NCBI GenBank assembly: GCA_003601775.1
Contig: PIYN01000014.1
Coordinates: forward strand, 10,479-74,478
DNA from: Candidatus Bathyarchaeota archaeon
Lineage (GTDB): Archaea; Thermoproteota; Bathyarchaeia; TCS64; PIYN01
DNA length: 64,000 bases
Direction of reading: 5' to 3'
Positions 54,331 to 63,203 of the stretch are shown here, in pieces. The translations under genes were made by a program, and so were the position numbers. The notes below the pieces were generated by a model. That model saw only the letters and a program-made list of their open reading frames with translations, was not told where the DNA came from and made no database searches. Within the stretch, counting starts at the first letter, position 1, and every line of letters begins with the position of its first letter.

Positions 54331-55032
54331 ATGCTCGAACGGGGGCTGAGCCGCGAGGAGGCGATCAGGGAGATAGCGCTCGAGGTGGGGCTGCCTAAGC
54401 CTCCGCCGAAGCCTCCCTCTCCTGAGGAGATCGTGGCGGCGGAGAGGCGTGCGAGATTCTATGGAAAGATTACGAGGGTGGCCGCCCTCCTCCTCGGGGT
54501 CGCTACCATACTGGGAATAGCCGGCGCGGTATACACTCATGGGGTGGAGATCGGCACCGCTGAGTGCAATTGGGACGCCCTGGGTCCAGTCAGCCCGGGT
54601 ATCCACGTGATGATAACGCCCAGTGATCCGAGGACGATGAATAAAAGAGGGTTTGGGAGATACTTCGTCAATCAGGGGTCGTCAGATAACTTCGTGAGCC
54701 TGGTTATATGTGGAGGAGGTCTCTGCGATATCGAGTTCAAGGGAGCCACCCTCCACCCATTTATGAAAAAGATCAAGGTAAAAGTCACGTTCTATACCTG
54801 CGGGCGCTGTCACTCATTCCTTTTTGGTGGCTCAGCCTGCGGAGAACCCCACCGTGAGACAGTTACGGTGTTCTTGGGGAAGCTACCCCCAGGCAGTTAC
54901 CATGTGGTCGTCGATATCTACTATGGGGGCGCTGTTTATTGGGTGGAATTCAACGGGGAATGGTATCGACAGACGGAGTCGGGGACGTCTGGGGGGAGGG
55001 AGACCCTCCATGCATTCTTCACTATATACTAA
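54331..55032 (+). CDS. membrane-anchored Cys-rich protein (1 TM then 8-Cys extracytoplasmic domain)
   Basis: 233 aa; TM segment VAALLLGVATILGIAGAV; Cys pattern CNWD...CGGGLC...CGRCHSFLFGGSACGEPH. Confidence 0.4.
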   Translation: MLERGLSREEAIREIALEVGLPKPPPKPPSPEEIVAAERRARFYGKITRVAALLLGVATILGIAGAVYTHGVEIGTAECNWDALGPVSPGIHVMITPSDPRTMNKRGFGRYFVNQGSSDNFVSLVICGGGLCDIEFKGATLHPFMKKIKVKVTFYTCGRCHSFLFGGSACGEPHRETVTVFLGKLPPGSYHVVVDIYYGGAVYWVEFNGEWYRQTESGTSGGRETLHAFFTIY

Positions 55033-55113
55033 CTCCTCCCCTTCGCCCTCAGCCCTTAATCTGAGCAATAGTTTAAATATATAGTGAATCAACAGTAGGA
55101 TGGGTGAAGGTGG

Positions 55114-56286
55114 ATGAAGGTCGCCGTTCTGGGGGCTGGGCTTATGGGTCCAGCCCTCGCTTGGGACTGCACTGAGAGCGATGAGGTCTCGGAGGTTCTG
55201 CTCTGCGATATCGACCCCGTGAAGCTGGAGAGGGCCGCAGGGTGGATGGGGAACCCCGAGAAGCTCTCGACGAAGCGGCTGGATGTAACGGATAGGGAGG
55301 CCCTCGTCGAGACCTTGAGGGACTACGACGTCGTGGGCATCGCCCTCTTGAGGTGGCTGAACGTGGAGGCGATGAGGGGGGCCATCGAGGCAGGAGTAAG
55401 CGCCGTCGACTTGGCATCCCCCCCAAGGGATGCCTGGTCCGAGATCGACGGGCTCGCGAAGGAGGCGGGCGTCACGGTGATCCCGGGGTGCGGCGTCGAG
55501 CCGGGCCTCAGCGACCTCCTCGCCGCCTATGGTATGGACCAGTTGGACGAGGTTGAGGCAGTGGATATCTGGTGCGGGGGGATACCCCAAGACCCGAAGC
55601 CACCTCTGGATTACAAGATCGTGTTCGGCGGACCCTATCTCCCGCTGCGGCCTGGGATGGTGAAGGTCATCGAGGATGGGGAGGAGAGGGAGGTGAGGAG
55701 GTATACCCTCGGCGAGCCCATCGAGTTCGAGGGTATCGACAGGCCTCTGGAGTGCTTCTATGACGGCTTCCCCGAGACCCTCTATGAGCATGAGAAGTTC
55801 AAGAGGGTGAAGCGGTGCACCGAGAAGACGGTGAGATACTCGGGGTACTGTGAGAAGGTCAACTTCCTGGATCAGTGCGGCCTCCTGAGTCGGGAGCCTA
55901 TAGAGTTCAAGGGACAGAAGATCGTCCCCTTCGAGGTCTTCAGCAAGATCATCTACCCGAAGGTGAGGATGGAGGAGGGTGAGAAGGACCTCACCGTCCT
56001 GAGGGTCGTGGTGGAGGGGAGGAAGGACGGGAGGGAGACCGTATACAGGTTTGAGATGGTGGACTACTACGACGAGGAGAGGAGGATGACCTCCATGGCC
56101 CGTACGACCAGCTATACCGCTGCCATAGTCGCGCGGATGATCGGGAGGGGGGAGATCGCTGAGAAGGGGCTTGTCCCACCGGTGAGGGTCATCAGGGGGA
56201 GGCTCTTCGAGAGGCTCATGGCTGAGCTCGCAGAGAAGGGGGTCGTCATAAAGGAGAGCGTAGAGGTGAGGAGGACCCTCCCATAG
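55114..56286 (+). CDS. saccharopine dehydrogenase family NAD(P)-dependent oxidoreductase (paralogue 2)
   Basis: MKVAVLGAGLMG Rossmann start; same domain order and many shared blocks with 52532..53671 (for example MARTT(A/S)YTA(S/A)IVA). Confidence 0.75.
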   Translation: MKVAVLGAGLMGPALAWDCTESDEVSEVLLCDIDPVKLERAAGWMGNPEKLSTKRLDVTDREALVETLRDYDVVGIALLRWLNVEAMRGAIEAGVSAVDLASPPRDAWSEIDGLAKEAGVTVIPGCGVEPGLSDLLAAYGMDQLDEVEAVDIWCGGIPQDPKPPLDYKIVFGGPYLPLRPGMVKVIEDGEEREVRRYTLGEPIEFEGIDRPLECFYDGFPETLYEHEKFKRVKRCTEKTVRYSGYCEKVNFLDQCGLLSREPIEFKGQKIVPFEVFSKIIYPKVRMEEGEKDLTVLRVVVEGRKDGRETVYRFEMVDYYDEERRMTSMARTTSYTAAIVARMIGRGEIAEKGLVPPVRVIRGRLFERLMAELAEKGVVIKESVEVRRTLP

Positions 56287-56363
56287 GTCGGCACATCTTC
56301 CCTATTTTTAGGTAAATAGAGTCGAAACCCCTAAAACCCCTCTGAGGGAGATTATAACGGGAG

Positions 56364-57311
56364 TTGTTATCTATGTCCGCGGCCTTTCACGGTGCAGAGT
56401 ATTGTTGGATGAATGGCGAGGTCATCAGGACGGAGGAGGCCCTCGTCTCGGTGATGGAGCCCATCTACCTCGGGATCTTCGAGGGGATAAAGGCCTATGT
56501 GGAGGGGGATATCCTCGGCGAGGGGCGTCTAAACATCTTCCAGTGGAAGCCCCATATAGACCGGCTGTGGAGGAGCGCCGCCGTCTGCGGGATAAAGATA
56601 CCCTACACGAAGGAGGAGCTCCTGGAGACGACGAGGGAGACGATCAGGGCCAACGGCTTCAGGACGAACGTCTACATCCAACCCCGGATCTGGCCCAAGG
56701 CGGGGACGGGGCGCTACCTTGCGGAGGAGTTCCACGTCGTCATCCCCGTATGGAGGTTCGAGACCCGCCTGGGGAGAGATAACCCCCGGTTCAGCCAGGA
56801 ACGCAGGTTCATGGTCAGCTCCTGGAGGCGCATCTCCTCCGATGCCCTACCCCCACAGGCGAAGGCCTGGGCGAACTATGCGAACTCCGGCCTCGCGGCG
56901 AGGGAGGCGAGGAGGCTCGGCTACGACGGTGCGATCTTCCTGGATCGCAGGGGCTTCGTCAGCGAGGGGACGGGCGCCTGCCTCATGATAGTGAGGGATG
57001 GGAAGGTCATCACTCCGCCGGTCACCGCCTCCATCCTCGAGAGCATCACCAGGGGGACCTTCCTGAGGATGCTGCCGGAGGACCTGGGCATCCCCGTCGA
57101 GGTGAGAGATATTACACGCGTGGAGCTCTACGCCTCAGATGAAGCCTTCCTCTGTGGGACAGGGGCGGAGGTCACTCCAATAACGAGCGTGGAGGACATC
57201 CCCCTGGGAGAGGAGTACCCCGGGCCCATAACGAGGCGGATAGCGGAGTACTACGCCGAGGTCCTGGCCGGGAACGTGGAGAAGCGCAGGGGATGGCTGA
57301 CGCCCGTATGA
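56364..57311 (+). CDS. ilvE: branched-chain amino acid aminotransferase (PLP fold-type IV)
   Basis: 315 aa; fold-type IV pattern with EGTGACLMIV and the N-terminal WMNGEV region. Confidence 0.8.
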   Translation: MLSMSAAFHGAEYCWMNGEVIRTEEALVSVMEPIYLGIFEGIKAYVEGDILGEGRLNIFQWKPHIDRLWRSAAVCGIKIPYTKEELLETTRETIRANGFRTNVYIQPRIWPKAGTGRYLAEEFHVVIPVWRFETRLGRDNPRFSQERRFMVSSWRRISSDALPPQAKAWANYANSGLAAREARRLGYDGAIFLDRRGFVSEGTGACLMIVRDGKVITPPVTASILESITRGTFLRMLPEDLGIPVEVRDITRVELYASDEAFLCGTGAEVTPITSVEDIPLGEEYPGPITRRIAEYYAEVLAGNVEKRRGWLTPV

Positions 57312-57339
57312 TCCCCCCTATTTTTTACCTGGGTACGCC

Positions 57340-58025
57340 TCAGGGGGACTGATGAAAGCGGACGACGAGGACCCTCACAAGGTCGGAGGTGTTCTCACAC
57401 CAGTCGGCGACCATCTCGAGGGCGTCGAAGAACATGTTGAGAAGAATCAAGAAGGGCGTCTCGAAGCCGCTGAAGTCCAGGGTGAGGAAGAGCCTCCGCG
57501 CGTCGGCATACATCTCATCAATCTCCTCCTCGATATCCTCCACCTTATAGGCGAGCTTCAGGGAGACCTCCGGGTCTATCGTGAGGCTGTTTATGCTCTT
57601 CCTCAAGGTGAGGACACACCCCTTTAACTCCCCGGCCATCCTCTCCGCCGCCCTCTTCATCTCCTCCGGGATCTTCTCGAACTCGAGGAGGTCCAAGATC
57701 CTCCCTGCCTCCTTCGCCCAGTCTGCCACCCAGTCCATAGCCCTGACGAGCTCCATGAGGTCCTCCCTGACGGTGGGCGGAAGAGTTCCCTTGGTCAGGA
57801 GGCTCTCGGCCAGCGTCCTCCTCACCCCGTCGGCCTCGCTCTCCATCCTGGAGAGCCTCTTAAAAGATGCCTCCTTCTCCTCTAAGTCCCCTCTTGATGC
57901 AGCCTTGATCATCCTCTCCAGTTCTACAACACAATCCTCCGTCAGTCCCAGGTGCTTATTCACGTTCTCGAGGACCTGCCTCTCCCTCCGGGAGCTGAAC
58001 CAGTCGAGGAGCCTCCTGCTCATAG
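57340..58025 (-). CDS. DUF47 (PhoU-like) family protein
   Basis: Helical protein with a PhoU-like two-repeat architecture. The ATG at 58025 directly abuts the stop of the upstream ABC ATPase gene; the longer track ORF (to 58098) would overlap it. Confidence 0.55.
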
Positions 58026-59102
58026 GGATTCCTCCTTCTCGAAGAGGTAGACCTTCTCCGGGGCGAAGGTGATGGAGACGGCCTCTCCTACCTCCCAAAT
58101 CCTCTCTGACATCATCAAGGGCACCTCCACGATGAACTCCTGCTTGGTCTCCAACTCAATTAGATATTCCATGAATCCCAGTAAAAACATCTTCTCCTTC
58201 ACAATTCCATGAAGGTTGTTCACGGTCTCCTCGGTCCTGGGCAGGATGTCGGCGTCCTCAGCCCTCACAACGACGTGGACCTCTGAGCCTGGGGGCATCG
58301 TCCTCCTCGAGGAGCGAAAGGTGAAGCCCTCCGGCGTCGTGACCTCCGTGAAGCCCCCGTCGGCTCGAGTCACCTCCCCGCTGAAGAGGTTGATGTCGCC
58401 CATGAAGTCCATGACGAAGAGGGTCCTCGGGTTCTCGTAGACCTCCCTCGGGGTCCCCACCTGCTCCACCGACCCCCTATGTAGGACCGCTATGCGGTCG
58501 GAGATCGTCATCGCCTCCTCCACGCTGTTAGTCACATGGATAGCCGTCAAACCCAGGTCCTTCACGATCCTCCTGAGGTCATGGGCGAGGGCGGTCCTTA
58601 TCTTCGCGTCCAAGGCCCCGAGGGGTTCGTCGAGGAGGAGGATCCTCGCCCCGGAGGTAAGGGCCCTGGCGAGGGCGACCCTCTGCTTCATCCCCCCGCT
58701 GAGCTCGTCCGGGAGCGCGTCTGGGCGGTCCTCGAGGAGGACCATCTCCAGCATCTCCTCGGCCACCTTCCTCGTCGCCTCCGGGTCCTCCCCCCTGACC
58801 CTCGGCCCGTAGCAGACGTTCTCCCAGACGTTGTAGTGGGGGAAGAGGGCGAAGGTCTCGAAGACGAAGCCGACCCTCCGATCCTCGGGTGGGACGCCCC
58901 TCATGGGCCTGCCGTCGAAGTAGATCTCCCCCTCATCGGGTTCGAGGAGCCCGGCGATGAGCATCAGGGTCGTCGTCTTCCCGCTCCCTATGGGGCCAAG
59001 GAGGGTGAAGTACTCGCCGTCACGTATCTCGAGGGAGAGGTCCCTCACGGCCACGACCTCGCCGAACCTCTTCGTCACCCCCTCCAACCTGATCTCAGGC
59101 AT
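58020..59102 (-). CDS. ABC transporter ATP-binding protein with C-terminal TOBE domain (PotA/FbpC/ModC-like), copy 2
   Basis: Walker A GPIGSGKTT, signature LSGGMKQR, Walker B LLLDEPLGALD, then about 120-aa beta-rich TOBE region. Confidence 0.85.
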   Translation of the reverse strand: MPEIRLEGVTKRFGEVVAVRDLSLEIRDGEYFTLLGPIGSGKTTTLMLIAGLLEPDEGEIYFDGRPMRGVPPEDRRVGFVFETFALFPHYNVWENVCYGPRVRGEDPEATRKVAEEMLEMVLLEDRPDALPDELSGGMKQRVALARALTSGARILLLDEPLGALDAKIRTALAHDLRRIVKDLGLTAIHVTNSVEEAMTISDRIAVLHRGSVEQVGTPREVYENPRTLFVMDFMGDINLFSGEVTRADGGFTEVTTPEGFTFRSSRRTMPPGSEVHVVVRAEDADILPRTEETVNNLHGIVKEKMFLLGFMEYLIELETKQEFIVEVPLMMSERIWEVGEAVSITFAPEKVYLFEKEESL

Positions 59103-59110
59103 AGCACCAC

Positions 59111-60226
59111 CTACCTCAGGGCGAGCTCGTACCGCAGGTCCTCAGGGTAGGGATAGACCAACACCTTCTCGGCGGGGAAGATTAGGTAGACCCTCTCCCC
59201 CTCCCCGAAGAACCTCCCCAACCTCGTGGGCTGCTTCACCTCCACGAGGTCCCCGTTGTCCAACTCGACCCTATACCTTATGATCTTCCCGAGGAAGGCC
59301 GCCCTGATCACACGCCCCGGCAGGGCGTTCAACCCCTCCGCCTTCCCCTCTTCGAGGAGTATGTTCTCACGCCTCACCCCGATGACGACCCTCGACCCGG
59401 CCCTCAGGTTCGATCCACCGGCCTCGATGAGTAGGTCCCCCCTCAGCCTCACGAGGGATCTCTCCCCGCTCCTCTCGATGACCCCCTCGAGGAAGTTCGT
59501 CTCCCCCACGAAGTTCGCGACGAAGATGGAGGCGGGCCGCTCATAGAGCTCCATGGGCGTGCCGACCTGGAGGACCCTCCCCCTCCTGAAGACTGCGATC
59601 CTGTCCGCTATCGCCATCGCCTCCTCCTGGTCGTGGGTCACGTGGATCGCGGTGAGCCCCCGGCCCTTCACCAAGCTCCTGAGGGTGAAGCGGAACCTCT
59701 CCCGCGTCTCAGGGTCCAGGGAGCCGAGGGGCTCGTCCAAGAGGAGGAGCCTCGACCCCTTCGCGAGGGCGCGGGCGATGCTGCACCTCTGGAGCTCCGG
59801 GGCGCCCAGCTCCTCAGGGTACCTATCGGCGACCTCGTTCAGTCCGGCGACCTCCAGGGCCTGGTAGACCCTCCTCTCGATCTCCTCCTCGTCCAGCCCC
59901 TGGATCATCAGGCTGTAGGCGACGTTCTCGTAGACGGTCATGAAGGGGAAGATCTCGAAGTGCTGGAAGACGAGCCCGATGTTCCTGTCCTCCGGGGGGA
60001 TTCCGGAGACGTCCCTCCCATCGATGTAGACCCTCCCCTCATCGGGCTTCGTCAACCCTGCTATGATGCGCAGGGTCGTGGTCTTCCCGCAGCCCGAGGG
60101 GCCGAGGAGGACGAAGTACTCCCCGTCCCTCACGTGGAGGTTCAGACCCTCCACTGCTATGACCCTGCCATACCGCTTCGTCACGTTCACGAGCCTCACA
60201 TCGGGCATCTCTTCACTCCCACCCAA
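59111..60226 (-). CDS. ABC transporter ATP-binding protein with C-terminal TOBE domain, copy 1
   Basis: Walker A GPSGCGKTT, signature elements and Walker B LLLDEPLGSLD; paralogous to the adjacent ATPase. Confidence 0.85.
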   Translation of the reverse strand: MGGSEEMPDVRLVNVTKRYGRVIAVEGLNLHVRDGEYFVLLGPSGCGKTTTLRIIAGLTKPDEGRVYIDGRDVSGIPPEDRNIGLVFQHFEIFPFMTVYENVAYSLMIQGLDEEEIERRVYQALEVAGLNEVADRYPEELGAPELQRCSIARALAKGSRLLLLDEPLGSLDPETRERFRFTLRSLVKGRGLTAIHVTHDQEEAMAIADRIAVFRRGRVLQVGTPMELYERPASIFVANFVGETNFLEGVIERSGERSLVRLRGDLLIEAGGSNLRAGSRVVIGVRRENILLEEGKAEGLNALPGRVIRAAFLGKIIRYRVELDNGDLVEVKQPTRLGRFFGEGERVYLIFPAEKVLVYPYPEDLRYELALR

Positions 60227-61940
60227 GGACGTACCTGAGGATGAGGAGGAGGGTGAGGGAGATGGCGATGAGGAGGACGCAGGCGAAGGCCGCCGCCGGC
60301 AGGGCGAGGGACTCGACCCACTGGACGATGAGGACCGGGACCGTCCTCGAGAGGCCCATGACGACGATGGTCGCCCCCGTCTCCCCCAGGCTCCTCGTGA
60401 AGGCCATGATCGCCGCCGCGAGGATCCCCTCCCTCATGGAGGGGAGGATGACAGTCCTGAAGACCGTCAGGGGCGGAGCCCCGAGGGTCCTCGCGGCCTC
60501 CTCAAGGTGGGGGTCGAGGCCCTCAACGACGGCGGTGAGGGGGCGGACGACGTAGGGGTAGGTGAAGCCGATGTGGACGAGGACGACCATCCAGAAGCCG
60601 GGGCCGAGGAGGTTGAGGCCCTTCGTTCCCCAGAAGAGGAAGAAGGAGAAGCCGAGGGCGGAGGTGGGGACCGTCAGGGGGATATCCACCAGGGCGTCGA
60701 GGAGGCCCCTGAGTCGGCCGAGGTTCTTCCTCACGAGCAGGAAGGCCATGGGGAGGCCCGCCAGGATGTTGACGCCTGTCGCGAGGGCCGCGACCTTGAA
60801 GGAGGTGATGATGCTGGATTGAAGGGCGGGCCACTTCTTGTCAGGGGCCAGGAAGACCTGGTAGAAGGCGCCGAGGTTGGGGTTGCCTGTGTAGGGGCTC
60901 CCTCCCCACCATCTGATGAGGTAGGTGAAGATGAAGGAGGAGGGGATGAGGATGAGGAGGACGAAGAAGGAGAAGGTCATGAGGTCCCGGAGGTGCCTCT
61001 GAGCCCGCCCGCTGAGGAGCCGCTCAGCCCTCGGCCAGGCCTCCTTGATGGGGAGGCCGAACCTCTCGGCCGAGAAGCGGAGTAGGGCGAGGAGGAAGGC
61101 TGAGATGGAGACAAGGATCATGGAGAGGAAGGCGGCGGGGGGGATCATGAGCAGCTGACGGTACTCGACAACAAGGAGGGGGGCCGTGTAGAAGGCCCCC
61201 GCGACGATGAGGGTGGCCCCAGTCTCCCCCAGGCTCCTCGTGAAGCAGAGGATGGAGCCGGCCAGGAGGCCGCTCTTTATCAGCGGCGCCGTCACCGTCC
61301 TGAAGACAGTGAAGGGGGGTGCCCCGAGGGTCCGGGCAGCGTGCTCGAGGGTCTGATCCACCGACTCTATGATCTCCTTCAGCGACCTCACGATGTAAGG
61401 GTAGGAGAAGGCGACGTGGGTGAGGATGATGAGGAGGGGGCCCCGGGAGAACAGCCCGCCCTCGAGGCCGAGAAGGCCGCCGATGCCGTCGATGCTCCCC
61501 CAGAAGAGGTAGAGGGAGAAGCCCAGGGCCGCCGTCGGGACGGCCATGGGGAGGTCGACGAGAGTGTCGACGAGGCGTTTCCCCCTGAAATCGTACCGGG
61601 CGAGGATGAGGGCCATGGGGAGCCCTATGAGGACGTCTATAAAGGTGACCACGGCCGCGATCTCGAAGGACCTGAGGAGGCCCCTCTGGATCATGTTCCA
61701 TCTGAGGGCCCCCTGCCCGATCTGGGCGAAGAAGGGATCCGCGAAGACGGTCTGGTAGACCTCACCCCAGCTCCTAAGGACCAAGAGGAAGATGGATAGG
61801 GGAGGGCCGACAACGAAGATGAGGAGGAAGAGGAGGACTAAGGCATCCCTCAGGAGGCTGAACCCCCTGCTCGAGAGCCTCCTCTCAACCCGCACCAAGA
61901 GCCTTCTCCAGCTCATCCCCCAGGCCTCGATATCAGCCAT
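60213..61940 (-). CDS. ABC transporter fused double permease (two tandem 6-TM domains)
   Basis: 575 aa with two repeats each carrying the EAA-like loop (...ARTLGAPPFTVFRTV... and ...ARTLGAPPLTVFRTV...). Confidence 0.8.
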   Translation of the reverse strand: MADIEAWGMSWRRLLVRVERRLSSRGFSLLRDALVLLFLLIFVVGPPLSIFLLVLRSWGEVYQTVFADPFFAQIGQGALRWNMIQRGLLRSFEIAAVVTFIDVLIGLPMALILARYDFRGKRLVDTLVDLPMAVPTAALGFSLYLFWGSIDGIGGLLGLEGGLFSRGPLLIILTHVAFSYPYIVRSLKEIIESVDQTLEHAARTLGAPPFTVFRTVTAPLIKSGLLAGSILCFTRSLGETGATLIVAGAFYTAPLLVVEYRQLLMIPPAAFLSMILVSISAFLLALLRFSAERFGLPIKEAWPRAERLLSGRAQRHLRDLMTFSFFVLLILIPSSFIFTYLIRWWGGSPYTGNPNLGAFYQVFLAPDKKWPALQSSIITSFKVAALATGVNILAGLPMAFLLVRKNLGRLRGLLDALVDIPLTVPTSALGFSFFLFWGTKGLNLLGPGFWMVVLVHIGFTYPYVVRPLTAVVEGLDPHLEEAARTLGAPPLTVFRTVILPSMREGILAAAIMAFTRSLGETGATIVVMGLSRTVPVLIVQWVESLALPAAAFACVLLIAISLTLLLILRYVLGWE

Positions 61941-63040
61941 AGGTCCGTTATGCTCTGGAGCACCCTCCCATCCTCCGGTGCCTCCAAGATCGGGGAGAGG
62001 ATCTCCGCTGAGACCCCGTTCTCGACGCTGAAGACCTCGGGGTCGAGGTCGACCTCGGGGTTCACGGGCCTGAATCCATGCTCCATCGCGATCCTCTGGA
62101 TCTCAGGGAGCACCAGGAAGTTGTAGAACTCCTCGGCCGCCTCCCTCTGCTCCTCTGAGACCCAGGGGGCGTTGAGGATACAGAAGGGGTGGTCGCTCAT
62201 GAGGACCCCCTCCTCGGGGTAGACGACGACGAGCCTCTGGCCCCACCTCGCCATGGGCTCCCCCTGACGATTCTTCTCTATGACGAGGTTCTCGTAGACG
62301 ATGAAGACGTTGAGGCCGGAGGGGCCACTGTTCGTCGCCTGATCCGCGAGGAAGCCGGTGCTCTCCCCATACATTACGGACCTTCCCTCGATGTCCCTCA
62401 GCCAGAGCCTCACATCCTCCCTCAACAGGTCCTCGTAGGTCAGGTTCTGGGTTGGGCATCCGGCGGCGGCGGAGACCTCCATGAGGAGGGCCATGAAGCC
62501 CGAGTTTGAGAGCTGTGGATCCGTGTGGGCGAACTTGAGGTCCGAGTCCGGGGAGACTGCCAGCCGGTGGACGGAGTCCCATCCCGTGATGTTGTGTTCC
62601 TCGGCGTATCGCTCCCACGTGGCTATGACGACTGGGGAGGCGACCAACGGCCTCCAGGACTCGACGAGCACACTCTTACCGCCGTACTCCTCCCTCCACA
62701 TGTAGTTCGCGAGGGGGATCCAGACGGAGGAGGCGGGGCTCCAGATGACGGGCTTGACCCAGCCGAGGATAATCTGATTCATCGACTCCCTCGACCCCAG
62801 GGCGATGAAGTGGATCTCCAAGGTCCTATTTGGGTGATGCTCCCTCCACCATTTCTGGAAGAGGGGGGTAACGGCCTCGATCCACCCCCTCTTCTCAGAA
62901 CCATAGACCATTGTAAGAACGACCACGTTTCCCTCCGTGGGGGCAGAGGGGAGGATCAAGAGAACCGCGAGGATGAGGAGGAGGGAGAGGAGACCCAAGT
63001 TCCTGAACCTCCTAAGCCTTCTCCTCCTCAAACGCTGCAT
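61913..63040 (-). CDS. ABC transporter substrate-binding protein (family-1 solute-binding protein), N-terminal signal/anchor
   Basis: 375 aa; basic N-terminus then hydrophobic LGLLSLLLILAVLLIL; type-II periplasmic binding fold pattern. Confidence 0.65.
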   Translation of the reverse strand: MQRLRRRRLRRFRNLGLLSLLLILAVLLILPSAPTEGNVVVLTMVYGSEKRGWIEAVTPLFQKWWREHHPNRTLEIHFIALGSRESMNQIILGWVKPVIWSPASSVWIPLANYMWREEYGGKSVLVESWRPLVASPVVIATWERYAEEHNITGWDSVHRLAVSPDSDLKFAHTDPQLSNSGFMALLMEVSAAAGCPTQNLTYEDLLREDVRLWLRDIEGRSVMYGESTGFLADQATNSGPSGLNVFIVYENLVIEKNRQGEPMARWGQRLVVVYPEEGVLMSDHPFCILNAPWVSEEQREAAEEFYNFLVLPEIQRIAMEHGFRPVNPEVDLDPEVFSVENGVSAEILSPILEAPEDGRVLQSITDLWLISRPGG

Positions 63041-63203
63041 CTCTAAGGCCCCCGGAGATGGATGGGGAAGGGATGGACCATTTCCTTCTATATTTCTCCT
63101 CTAAGGAGATATAAACATTCAACCTTAAAGAACCCATAAGAAGCCTACCCATCCTCAAAGCGTTTATTTTAAATAGCCTCATAATATTTAATCGGTGTAT
63201 CGG

